Assembly (NCBI GenBank): GCA_964446265.1
Contig: CAYUNV010000002.1
Span: 594 to 34,254 of the forward strand
Reading direction: 5' to 3'
Origin: an uncultured Negativicutes bacterium
GTDB lineage: Bacteria > Bacillota > Negativicutes > CTSoil-072
Length of the DNA: 33,661 nt
Positions 25,911 through 33,661 of this stretch are shown here, in pieces (position 1 is the stretch's first letter; each line of letters begins with the position of its first letter). Below the pieces are notes generated by a model that saw only the letters and a program-made list of their open reading frames with translations, did no database searches and had not been told where the DNA came from. A program made the position numbers and the translations under genes.

Positions 25911-26783
25911 CTAGCTCCTAATTTTCTTTGCCAACGCTTCCAGCTTAGCAGCTCTTTGCTCCGTTGCCGGATGCGTGCTGAACAAGCTCATCATCCAACC
26001 GCCCGCTTTGCTTAGCGGGTTAACAATGAACATATGGGACGTTGCCGGTGTAGCTTGTTCCATTACTCCATGACGGGCATAATATTCGATTTTCCGTAAC
26101 GCACTGGCAAGCGCCAAAGGATTATTGCACATCAGTCCGCCGGCTTCATCCGCCTGGTATTCCCTTGAACGTGAGATTCCTAATTGAATGAGAGTCGCAG
26201 CCAAGGGGGCAAGCACGATCAAAAATACAAATTCAATCATTCCTGCAATGCCGCCGTTATCTTCATCATCACTCCGTCCACCACCAAATATGGCGGCCCA
26301 TTGCGCCATATTTGCAATCATGGTAATGACACCGGCAACCGTAGCAACGATCGTACTGATGAGCGTATCACGGTTTTTGATATGTGCAAGCTCATGTGCA
26401 ACAACACCCTCAAGTTCCTCATAATTCAGTGCTCTCATGATCCCGGTGGTAACGGCAACTGCGCCATGCTCCGGGTCCCGTCCGGTTGCAAACGCGTTCG
26501 GCGTATTGGTTTCCATGATAAGTACTTTGGGCATTGGCATATTCGCTTTTTTTGCCAGACCGGCAACCATCTGGACTAACTCCGGCGCATCATTCTCCGA
26601 AACTTGTTTTGCGCCATACATACTGAGGACAATCTTGTCACTGTACCAATAACTCACAAAATTCATCAGTATAGACACAACAAACATGACCATCATCCCT
26701 TTGGCGCCGCCAAAGAAACTGCCTGCCGCTAATAATAACCCGGTTAATGCCGCTAATAAAACCGTTGTTTTTAGGCTATTCAT
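25911..26783 (-). CDS. htpX: Membrane zinc metalloprotease HtpX
   Basis: 290 aa with N-terminal TM helices, the [10 protein letters not shown] zinc motif, two further TM helices and the conserved REYQADEAG segment. GGAGG SD is present. Confidence 0.9.
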   Translation of the reverse strand: MNSLKTTVLLAALTGLLLAAGSFFGGAKGMMVMFVVSILMNFVSYWYSDKIVLSMYGAKQVSENDAPELVQMVAGLAKKANMPMPKVLIMETNTPNAFATGRDPEHGAVAVTTGIMRALNYEELEGVVAHELAHIKNRDTLISTIVATVAGVITMIANMAQWAAIFGGGRSDDEDNGGIAGMIEFVFLIVLAPLAATLIQLGISRSREYQADEAGGLMCNNPLALASALRKIEYYARHGVMEQATPATSHMFIVNPLSKAGGWMMSLFSTHPATEQRAAKLEALAKKIRS

Positions 26784-26898
26784 TTTTATTCAACCTCCAT
26801 TTTATTTTTATTGTAATTTTGAAGTATCACATTACCTCATCCTATTTAAACGGAAATGTCATCAGCCTCCTTGATAGGTACATAGTATAGATATATAC

Positions 26899-27027
26899 AA
26901 AAAACGAGACCACAGGTATGAACATTGCTCAAACCTTAGGTCTCGCTAATTGGTTTTACCAACGGTAGTGCCAGACGTTTTTAACGCCGGTTGTTGACAC
27001 TAGCCTAGTAAGCTACTCCCCTAGGGG
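26899..27027 (-). promoter_or_regulatory. yybP-ykoY (Mn2+) riboswitch-like leader with terminator expression platform, upstream of htpX
   Basis: Minus-strand RNA has CCCCUAGGGGAGUAGC (27027-27012) ... UUAGCGAGACCUAAGG (26949-26934). These match the two hallmark conserved blocks GGGGAGUAG and UUAGC(A/G)AGACC. The flanks CCUAGG and CCUAAGG are complementary, forming P1. Hand-drawn helices are 27002-26996 with 26972-26966, a hairpin at 26988-26974 and a hairpin at 26962-26950. The terminator is CGAGACC (26945-26939) with GGUCUCG (26911-26905) plus U6 (26904-26899), and it overlaps the 3' conserved block. Confidence 0.65.
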
Positions 27028-27044
27028 ATTATTCGATTAAAGTA

Positions 27045-27073
27045 ATTATACCGAGATCTCGATTTAGTGTCAA
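27045..27073 (-). promoter_or_regulatory. Consensus sigma-A promoter driving the riboswitch leader
   Basis: The minus strand reads TTGACA (27073-27068), exactly 17 nt, then TATAAT (27050-27045). The predicted transcription start site (TSS) at about 27038 is 10 nt before the aptamer P1. Confidence 0.7.
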
Positions 27074-27144
27074 GATAATTCGCTTTTCAGATAATTCGAC
27101 GAGAATGTAAATGATACAGTAAAACAATTCTGAATCGACTACAT

Positions 27145-28836
27145 TCATTTACGAGTATATGGAAAATATTTTACATCCTCATCTTTTATATGTCCAATTA
27201 TAACATCATCGGTAATAAACGAAAGAAAGGCAGACAATTTCAGTTCATTTTTATGATATGCTTCCTTACGTTTTAATGCTTCTGCGAGTAACGTTTTGTG
27301 AATAATGGAGTGTCTTTTTTGATCCGAATATCCCATATTAAAGAGAATATGGTTCTCATAATTAAAATGTTGCTCTACACGTTGCAACAACATATCCACC
27401 TGACGATCCACTTTTTCAAACTCCACATTAGAAAGCGAATAGAAAATCAGGCGGTTCGTTAGTTCAAGCAATTCACGATGCTGATCATCAATAATTTTAT
27501 TGCCACTCTCCCATTCCTTGCTCCAATGAAGTTCTATCGATGCCACAGGCAACCGCACTTGTTCATCCGACCCAACAACACGGTTACGACCGCCTTTTTT
27601 AGCGCGATACAGAGCTTCGTCTGAACGCTGGAGCCAGCTATCAAAGGTTTCATCTTTAATCCTTTCGGCGACACCGAAACTGCCGGTATAACGGCCAACG
27701 ATAGGATGAGTATTTTTGTCCAAGGCTTCCCGGATTTTCTCTGCTGCCCGAAGAGCTCCGTGAATATCGGTTTCCGGCATCAATACTACAAATTCTTCGC
27801 CACCCACCCTGGCGAGGATATCTGATTTGCGTATCATGTGACTGACTATCACAGCAGTTTGTTTCAAGACTTCATCGCCGACCAGATGGCCCCACGTATC
27901 ATTGACACGTTTAAAATTATCCAAATCCAGAATAATCATCGACAAAGGCTCATTATAGCGATCTGATCGTTCTGCTTCTTCCTCTATTTTTTGATAAAAG
28001 TAATGTCTGTTAAACAAACCGGTTAACTCGTCTGTAACGGCAAGCAGCTCCAATGCCTCATTTTTTTTCTTTAAAGCTTCAGTCATCATAATCAATTCAT
28101 CATTCTTTTTATTCAGCTGGATTTCCATATTTCTCTTTTCCGTTACATCTCTTGCAGCGGCATAGATATATTTCCCATGCTGCACAGCGTTCCATTCAAT
28201 ATAACGGTCAGTGCCGTCTTTGCATTGAAACCTGGTAACTAAACGGCGAATCGGCTTCTGCGCCGCTAAATCTTTCATCGCATCATTGATGGCAGTTACC
28301 TCGTCATCATGAACTAAATCCAAAATATTCATTCCTACCAATTCTTCAATTGCATAACCCAAAATATGTTCAAACGATTGGTTAATTTTCATAAAATTCC
28401 CGTCAGTATCGCACACAGACAGCAAGTCTAAATTGGTAGCGAAAAAGCTTTCAATTTCCTGTTCCTGCAAATATTCCGTCGTGATATCGTAAAATATGCA
28501 GGCAAAAATATCGTTGGATAGTGGAAATACCGTAATACGCATCCATTTCTGTGCTAAGGGATGGAATAATTCAACACTTGCTAACTTATGATTCATGATC
28601 ACATCTTGCACAACCATTTTCCATCTCTCTAATTCTGTCCAATCCGTAACAACTACTGCTTGAAAGCTTTTGCCCACCACAGCAGAAGCTTTCACCTTCA
28701 TCATATCTTCGTATGCTTTATTTATTCTTAAATATTCATAGTCGTAAGGAATACCTTGCTCATTCAGCATAACCCGATGATATGAATATGCTATTGGGGA
28801 TTTTTCAAAGAACTCCGTACAATATTGTTCTTTCAT
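27145..28836 (-). CDS. PAS-PAS-GGDEF diguanylate cyclase with a C-terminal hemerythrin-like domain
   Basis: 563 aa. It has two PAS-like regions and a coiled linker. The GGDEF domain carries an intact RKSD I-site and VGGEEF. The tail has the bacteriohemerythrin ligand pattern (IIDDQHRELL, EQHFNYENHIL, KRHSIIHKTL, IIGHIKDEDVKY). Confidence 0.85.
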   Translation of the reverse strand: MKEQYCTEFFEKSPIAYSYHRVMLNEQGIPYDYEYLRINKAYEDMMKVKASAVVGKSFQAVVVTDWTELERWKMVVQDVIMNHKLASVELFHPLAQKWMRITVFPLSNDIFACIFYDITTEYLQEQEIESFFATNLDLLSVCDTDGNFMKINQSFEHILGYAIEELVGMNILDLVHDDEVTAINDAMKDLAAQKPIRRLVTRFQCKDGTDRYIEWNAVQHGKYIYAAARDVTEKRNMEIQLNKKNDELIMMTEALKKKNEALELLAVTDELTGLFNRHYFYQKIEEEAERSDRYNEPLSMIILDLDNFKRVNDTWGHLVGDEVLKQTAVIVSHMIRKSDILARVGGEEFVVLMPETDIHGALRAAEKIREALDKNTHPIVGRYTGSFGVAERIKDETFDSWLQRSDEALYRAKKGGRNRVVGSDEQVRLPVASIELHWSKEWESGNKIIDDQHRELLELTNRLIFYSLSNVEFEKVDRQVDMLLQRVEQHFNYENHILFNMGYSDQKRHSIIHKTLLAEALKRKEAYHKNELKLSAFLSFITDDVIIGHIKDEDVKYFPYTRK

Positions 28837-28989
28837 ATCCTTTCCCCCTCACTATGCTTGAGGTATACCAGACTGTAAAAAGGTTCTTACTTCTATTTTA
28901 TCAGAATATTGCAAATAAGTATCCTGTTAATAACACAAAGTCATTTTTCTCACCTAATACAAATATTCCAGAAAAACGAACCATAGAGC

Positions 28990-29014
28990 AAAACCGACCT
29001 GAGAAAGGTCGGTT
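28990..29014 (-). terminator. Putative terminator after the pyruvate-kinase-domain gene
   Basis: AACCGACCU (28992-29000) pairs with AGGUCGGUU (29006-29014). On the minus strand it is followed by UUGCUCU, which is a short U-tract. Confidence 0.45.
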
Positions 29015-29072
29015 GCCGGTTAATTGCTCCATTTACTAATTTTTCTCGCCGCTTCTTCCACCCTGTAGAAAT

Positions 29073-29630
29073 TTATGCCTGCAACGGTTTGCAGATGATT
29101 TCTTTAATGTAAGTATCAAACAGGTTTTGGGCATGAGCCGGCCGAATGATGACCGCAGTGTCCGCCCCCTTGCCACTTCCGGCAACAGCAACGATGTCTT
29201 TGCCATAGGGTATCAATCCGCCATCGAGCGCCATGATCGAAATTTCCACGCAAACCTTGGCGCCTTGCCCTAACATCCGCAGGCTGTGCGCGACAATTTC
29301 GACCGGATAAGCGCCACTAAAGCGACGGCTGATCGCACGCTCCGCGCCCGATAATACATGGGCAGTTGTGTAAACCTCAATCCCCACATTCTTAAGCCGG
29401 CCGCGCGCTTCCTTAGCCATTTCATTGACGCCCGGTTCAGAAGTTCCATACGCATGAGAAACACAAACAACCTGTAGTCCCTCTGCCTTTTCCGCTAATT
29501 TCAGTGCAGTTTCGCCGCTCGTCGAGGCAACAACAAGGTATGAAATCCCTTTTTCTTTGGCTGTCTTTATTGCAACTGCAATCGTAGCATCCGTATTTTG
29601 CGGGCCGGATTCTTCCCAATACACAATCAA
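29073..29630 (-). CDS. Pyruvate kinase alpha/beta (C-terminal) domain-containing protein
   Basis: 185 aa with a TTG start. YLVVASTSGETALKLAE... and the overall length match stand-alone PK C-terminal-domain proteins of anaerobes, as I recall them. Confidence 0.65.
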   Translation of the reverse strand: MIVYWEESGPQNTDATIAVAIKTAKEKGISYLVVASTSGETALKLAEKAEGLQVVCVSHAYGTSEPGVNEMAKEARGRLKNVGIEVYTTAHVLSGAERAISRRFSGAYPVEIVAHSLRMLGQGAKVCVEISIMALDGGLIPYGKDIVAVAGSGKGADTAVIIRPAHAQNLFDTYIKEIICKPLQA

Positions 29631-29658
29631 TCACACTCCCATTCTATGTTTAGAAAGA

Positions 29659-29892
29659 TTATTGTTTAAAAAACCGGATGATCAACAACAATACAATCGC
29701 CCCAATCGTCGCCATAACAATCTTGCCGATTGTGCCATGCGCGGTCAAACCCAAAAAACCAAACAAATATCCGCCAAGAAATGAACCGATGACACCAACG
29801 ACCAGGTCGCCAAAAAGGCCAAACCCCGAACCTTTCAGCACATGTCCAGCCAACCAGCCGGCGATAATACCAATAACAAGAAACCAAATCAT
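29659..29892 (-). CDS. GlsB/YeaQ/YmgE-family small membrane stress protein
   Basis: 77 aa starting MIWFLVIGIIAGWLAGHVLKGSGFGLFGDLVVGVIGSFLGGYLF, with three glycine-zipper TM helices. GAGGAGGGA SD is present. Confidence 0.8.
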   Translation of the reverse strand: MIWFLVIGIIAGWLAGHVLKGSGFGLFGDLVVGVIGSFLGGYLFGFLGLTAHGTIGKIVMATIGAIVLLLIIRFFKQ

Positions 29893-29979
29893 TCGCGTTC
29901 CCTCCTCTTGGTCTCAACTTGTCCTTTCAAATAGAAAGATGGCAGAAACAGAATGTTTTGTGTGAATTAAAAACAAATC

Positions 29980-30022
29980 ATGAAAAGAAAAAGGCAGGAA
30001 GTCTCTTTTGCGAAAAAACTTC
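29980..30022 (-). terminator. Putative intrinsic terminator after dapA
   Basis: The minus-strand hairpin GAAGUUUUUU-CGCAA-AAGAGACUUC spans 30022-29998 and has two G-U pairs. The U-rich sequence CUGCCUUUUUCUUUUC follows. Confidence 0.5.
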
Positions 30023-30034
30023 ATGCCCTTTCAG

Positions 30035-30913
30035 TTAAATCAATCCGTATGCCTGCATCTCTTTGCGAAGAAGTGCGAGGTTACCCTCAGAAAGTTCCGT
30101 AAGCGGCAGCCTGCATGGACCCGCGTTGAAACCCATAAGGTTCACAGCAGTCTTGACCGGGATCGGGTTGACTTCGGTAAACAAAGCCTTTATGAGATCA
30201 AGGGTCTGCAATTGCATTTTAATCGCGCCGTTTATGTCCCCTTGGAAAAAGTTCATCACCATATCATGCGTATCTCGCGGGATAATATTGGCCAAAACAG
30301 AAATGACACCTTTGCCGCCGAGCGACAGTACCGGTAAAACCACGGGATCATCACCGGAGTACACGGAAAAATCCGGGCCGCACAAATTGACTATATCGCC
30401 AACCTGCCCGAGATTACACTCTTTAATCGCAATAATGTTATCGATTTCCGATAACAGCTTGACCGTCTCCGGATTTATATTCATATTGGTCCTGCTCGGC
30501 ACGTTATATAAAATCATCGGGACTTTGACGCTATCGGCGATCAGCTTGAAATGCTGATACAAGCCCTTTTGCGTGGCTTTATTATAGTAGGGGGTAACGG
30601 ATAATATCCCGTCAACACCGACCGCTTCCGCTTCTTTCGACAGTTCGACTGCATGCCGGGTATCATTGCTGCCGGTGCCGCCAATAACCGGTACCCGCTT
30701 ATTTACGGCATCAACTGCAAACTTAATGACTTCAATATGTTCTTTATCCGGCATCGTAGAAGCTTCGCCGGTCGTACCGCAAACAACAATTGCATCGATC
30801 CCGTTTTCAATTTGGAACTCAATAAATTCCGCTAACGCCGGATAATTAACCCCTTCTTCTGTAAAGGGAGTTACAATCGCTGTTGCTGAACCGATAAAGA
30901 GTGGTTCTCTCAT
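30035..30913 (-). CDS. dapA: 4-hydroxy-tetrahydrodipicolinate synthase
   Basis: 292 aa with GSATAIVTPF, VVCGTTGEASTM, YNVPSRT and the Schiff-base Lys context IIAIKEC, at the length typical of DapA. Confidence 0.9.
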   Translation of the reverse strand: MREPLFIGSATAIVTPFTEEGVNYPALAEFIEFQIENGIDAIVVCGTTGEASTMPDKEHIEVIKFAVDAVNKRVPVIGGTGSNDTRHAVELSKEAEAVGVDGILSVTPYYNKATQKGLYQHFKLIADSVKVPMILYNVPSRTNMNINPETVKLLSEIDNIIAIKECNLGQVGDIVNLCGPDFSVYSGDDPVVLPVLSLGGKGVISVLANIIPRDTHDMVMNFFQGDINGAIKMQLQTLDLIKALFTEVNPIPVKTAVNLMGFNAGPCRLPLTELSEGNLALLRKEMQAYGLI

Positions 30914-31204
30914 AAATTACACCGCCTTTTGAAATTTGTCCTATGGACATAGCTATGATATTCTTTATTTTCCTCTTTCAATGAATACTTCCTGCTTTTC
31001 TAAGAAATATTCTTCCACCTCCGGTTTCCCCGTGCTAAAACATACCAGCACAACAGCATTCCCAGCTTCATGACAGGGCGTTATGCCCATCTTTGTTTAT
31101 CCCGCAATAGATCAAAACCTAAAACACACAAGTATTCTTCGCCGTTTCCGGCCTTCTTTCCTTCGCCAATAACCAAGTTGCAGCAATATAACGATAAAAA
31201 TATG

Positions 31205-31245
31205 AACCCTATTACCGAAAAATATACATTTCAGGCAATAGGGTT
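31205..31245 (-). terminator. Hairpin terminator after the flavin reductase gene
   Basis: A 12-bp stem forms between AACCCUAUUGCC (31245-31234) and GGUAAUAGGGUU (31216-31205), with one G-U pair on the minus strand. CAUAUUUUUAUCG follows. The plus strand also has a T-rich tail. Confidence 0.5.
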
Positions 31246-31292
31246 GTTTGTTTTCTACAAGCAGTTGCTGATACAACAGATAACCATGCAGT

Positions 31293-31862
31293 TCAAACGC
31301 CATCGGGAATTTTATCCTCCATCAGATGACGCAGATTAATCGTTTCACCGTCGACCACAAAGGTGCCGTCACCATTGGCATGGAATGTACGCCGTTCCTT
31401 CCGGTCATTGTCAATCCATGCCCGGACGCCCCGCAGCAAAAAGATACCCGGATCCTCCAGATAATTGGTTACTTGACATTCCAGGCAGGCGAGGCACTCC
31501 GCAACCAATGGCGCACCCACTACACTTGCCGGCAATGGCGTTAGTTCAAATGCCGTAAATTTATCAACACTGGTGCCGGAACAATCACCAATACGGACCA
31601 CTTTTTCTGCAATATCAATGGTCGGAACTGCCAACACACATTCTTTTTTCTGCACCAACGCATTGAACGAGTAGTTCCACGGACCAGTGGTAAGGGCAAT
31701 ACACGGAGTAAAATCTGTCACCATGTGCCAGGAAATCGTCATAAGGTTATTTTTCCGCCCGTCGTTTGTTGTGACCAGAATAACCGGTCCTGGCTCAAAC
31801 AGCATAAATGCTTTGGGGAGCGGTAATTCCATGAAAGCCATACTGATCAACCGTCCTTTCAC
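31293..31862 (-). CDS. Flavin reductase-like (FMN-binding split-barrel) protein
   Basis: 189 aa with PGPVILVTTNDGRKNNLMTISWHM, typical of the flavin reductase domain. The track start is GTG 31862. ATG 31841 is an alternative, so the start is uncertain. Confidence 0.75.
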   Translation of the reverse strand: MKGRLISMAFMELPLPKAFMLFEPGPVILVTTNDGRKNNLMTISWHMVTDFTPCIALTTGPWNYSFNALVQKKECVLAVPTIDIAEKVVRIGDCSGTSVDKFTAFELTPLPASVVGAPLVAECLACLECQVTNYLEDPGIFLLRGVRAWIDNDRKERRTFHANGDGTFVVDGETINLRHLMEDKIPDGV

Positions 31863-31977
31863 TTCATTATTTTCCTGCCATTTATTCTAAACATTTACTT
31901 AAAGTCAAATTCTGTGTACCATTCGCAAAGTATTGTGTTAAGATTAAACCAATGTTATTACAACCATGAGGTGCAAA

Positions 31978-32799
31978 ATGATTTCGGATTGGATCAATAA
32001 AATACACAATATCGATTGCATAACCGGCATGAAAAAACTTCCAGACCATTCCATCGATTTAATCATTGCTGATCCTCCCTACAACCTCTCTAAAGGAGCA
32101 GCTTGGAAATGGGATAACAGCGTGAAACTTGATGGCATGGGTGGTAATTGGAATAAAGTGATGGAAAATTGGGATGACGTGGACTTTGAGCAATATTGGG
32201 AATTCACGATATCATGGCTAACCCAGGCGAAACGGATTTTAAAGACTAGTGGTTCCATGTGGATCTTCGGAACCTATCACAATATTGGGATCATTAATGT
32301 TATTTGCCAAAAGTTAGGAATCGAGATAATCAACGAAGTCATTTGGTATAAACGCAATGCCTTTCCTAATCTATCCGGCCGCCGCTTCACCGCCAGCCAT
32401 GAAACGATTTTATGGTGTCATGCCGGCGGTAAAAAAAGAGAATATTTCTTTAATTATGAGTATACCAAAAATACTTCCTTTCCTGAAGATAACTTAAAAA
32501 TTATCGAAAAACAGATGCGTACGGTCTGGGATATTCCGAATAACAAAGAAAAAAAGGAATCAGCCTTTGGCAAGCATCCAACACAAAAACCGCTCCGCGT
32601 CCTGCGGAGAATGATTCTGTCGGCAAGCAAACAAGGAGATATATGCTTAACCCCTTTTAGCGGCGTTGGCAGTGAATGCGCGGCGGCGAAAGAAGCAGGC
32701 AGAAATTATATAGGCTTTGAAATAGACAAGTCTTATTACGATATCTCTGTCCAGCGTCTGGACCATGTCGTTTTCGGTTCAAGAATTGAGCAAATATGA
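31978..32799 (+). CDS. Beta-class DNA methyltransferase (N6-adenine or N4-cytosine), DpnA/M.MboI-C-like
   Basis: ORF 31966..32799, with the start moved to ATG 31978 (GAGGTG SD). Motif IV IIADPPYNL precedes motif I FSGVGSE, which is the beta permutation. NEVIWYKRNAFPNLSGRRFTASHETILWC and GKHPTQKP resemble DpnA as I recall it. Confidence 0.85.
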   Translation: MISDWINKIHNIDCITGMKKLPDHSIDLIIADPPYNLSKGAAWKWDNSVKLDGMGGNWNKVMENWDDVDFEQYWEFTISWLTQAKRILKTSGSMWIFGTYHNIGIINVICQKLGIEIINEVIWYKRNAFPNLSGRRFTASHETILWCHAGGKKREYFFNYEYTKNTSFPEDNLKIIEKQMRTVWDIPNNKEKKESAFGKHPTQKPLRVLRRMILSASKQGDICLTPFSGVGSECAAAKEAGRNYIGFEIDKSYYDISVQRLDHVVFGSRIEQI

Positions 32800-32869
32800 T
32801 CCAATAACGAATAAAAATAAGCTGATACTACATATTTTTTTGCAAATAATAGCGCCGCGAGGGAACAAA

Positions 32870-33661
32870 ATGAACAAACAAACAAAAATACGGCCGGTAA
32901 TTAAATGGAGCGGCAGCAAGCGCAGCCAAGCAGCAGAAATAGTTAAACGGTTACCTTCCTTCCAAAAATATTATGAACCGTTTATTGGCGGAGCTTCTGT
33001 TGCCTTCATGGTTAATCCCCACAGCGGGATCTGTGGGGATATCTGTATGCCATTAATTAATTTATGGAATATCATTAAATCGGAACCAGAAAGCCTATTC
33101 CACTCCTATAATGAAGCATGGGACCGGCTGCAAAGAGACGGTTATCCAGTCTATTATGAAATACGGGATCATTTTAACCAAACGCAATCTCCCTATGATT
33201 TGTTTTTTTTGTCGCGGACATGCGTCAATGGGTTGATCCGCTTTAACAAAAATGGTGAATTCAACAATTCTTTACACCACACAAGAAAAGGCATTCATCC
33301 ACTTACCCTCAACAAGATCCTGTTAGACTGGTCTGCAAGAATTAAAAATATTGAATTTAGAGCCGGCGATTATCGGGATACCACAACGGATATGACAAAA
33401 CAGGATTTTATTTATCTGGATCCACCCTATTTCAATACAAAAGGCCGCTACTATGGCACAATTGACTACGAAGAATTTTTAAGTTATTTGGAATCCCTGA
33501 ATTCTAAGGGCATTAAATTCGCTCTTTCTTTTGATGGCATACGGGACGAAATTGATTATACGATCGAATTACCCAAAGATCTTTACAAACGGCATATCAT
33601 GCTCGAAGCAGGAAACTCCAGTTTTAAAAAAGTGATGGATAAACGCACGGAAAAAGTTTGC
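32870..33661 (+). CDS. Dam-family (alpha-class, D12) DNA adenine methyltransferase, 3'-truncated by the window edge
   Basis: Hand translation from ATG 32870 (GAGGGA SD) is open for 264 codons to the window end. Motifs are IKWSGSKRS (the KWAGGK equivalent), EPFIGGASV (motif I), NGLIRFNKNGEFNNS and YLDPPY (motif IV). It is absent from the ORF track because it has no stop codon. Confidence 0.85.
   Translation, partial: MNKQTKIRPVIKWSGSKRSQAAEIVKRLPSFQKYYEPFIGGASVAFMVNPHSGICGDICMPLINLWNIIKSEPESLFHSYNEAWDRLQRDGYPVYYEIRDHFNQTQSPYDLFFLSRTCVNGLIRFNKNGEFNNSLHHTRKGIHPLTLNKILLDWSARIKNIEFRAGDYRDTTTDMTKQDFIYLDPPYFNTKGRYYGTIDYEEFLSYLESLNSKGIKFALSFDGIRDEIDYTIELPKDLYKRHIMLEAGNSSFKKVMDKRTEKVC

Noticed and set aside
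26842-26925. A 27-codon hydrophobic mini-ORF (MFIPVVSFFVYIYTMYLSRRLMTFPFK) on the minus strand, starting inside the riboswitch terminator loop with UAAGGU 8 nt upstream. It resembles a type-I-toxin or leader peptide. A nested MTFPFK ORF follows an AAGGAGG.
   Set aside because: It spans the terminator U-tract, so it would exist only on read-through transcripts. The SD spacing of the nested ORF is too short, and such short ORFs arise easily by chance in AT-rich leaders. There is no independent support.
30914-31204. Possible lysine (L-box) riboswitch in the approximately 290-nt leader of dapA. The minus strand contains GGCGAAG twice, GCCG-GAAA-CGGC and CCCUGUCAUGAAG, which resemble the L-box GCCGAAG and CUGUCA.GA blocks.
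   Set aside because: The 5' hallmark AGAGG(C/U)GC is absent. The distance between the candidate blocks is about 110 nt, too short for the five-helix roughly 180-nt aptamer. No terminator or SD-sequestering helix follows. TPP-like fragments (UGAUCU...GGAUAA) were judged coincidental for the same reason. A cmsearch with RF00168 would settle it.
1-33661. Searched for CRISPR arrays, IS elements or transposases, integrases, tRNA or rRNA genes, toxin-antitoxin pairs and known defence-system signatures.
   Set aside because: There are no regularly spaced direct repeats, no transposase or integrase-like ORFs, no cloverleaf-capable segments in the spacers and no small two-gene TA-like cassettes. The only defence-related content is the methyltransferase pair at the right edge.

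Overview
A 33.7-kb chromosomal segment from a strictly anaerobic, Firmicute-like organism. An outer-membrane beta-barrel gene suggests a diderm Negativicutes-type lineage, but this is inference. There are 29 genes on the minus strand and 2 on the plus strand at the right-hand end. No rRNA, tRNA, CRISPR array or transposase was found. From left to right: (i) a redox/dehydratase group, namely a ferredoxin-nitroreductase fusion, a small acidic protein, a DUF362 Fe-S protein, a split UxaA/SuyAB-like dehydratase and an Old Yellow Enzyme-family flavin oxidoreductase (OYE); (ii) uridine kinase and pyruvate:ferredoxin oxidoreductase; (iii) a 14-kb LysR-headed acyl-CoA redox island with unknown substrate. 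It holds two acyl-CoA dehydrogenases, EtfBA, FixCX, a family-III CoA-transferase, a FadK-like CoA ligase, two paralogous anion-type MFS permeases and a desulforedoxin-like Cys-rich protein; (iv) an outer-membrane barrel and htpX, the latter preceded by what reads as a promoter, a yybP-ykoY (Mn2+) riboswitch and a terminator; (v) a PAS-GGDEF-hemerythrin cyclase, a pyruvate-kinase C-terminal-domain protein, a YeaQ/GlsB membrane protein, dapA and a flavin reductase; (vi) on the plus strand, a beta-class DPPY methyltransferase followed by a Dam-family methyltransferase that runs off the window. Several start codons were moved from the ORF-track values on the basis of Shine-Dalgarno spacing. All family calls come from motif recognition by eye, and no database was searched.
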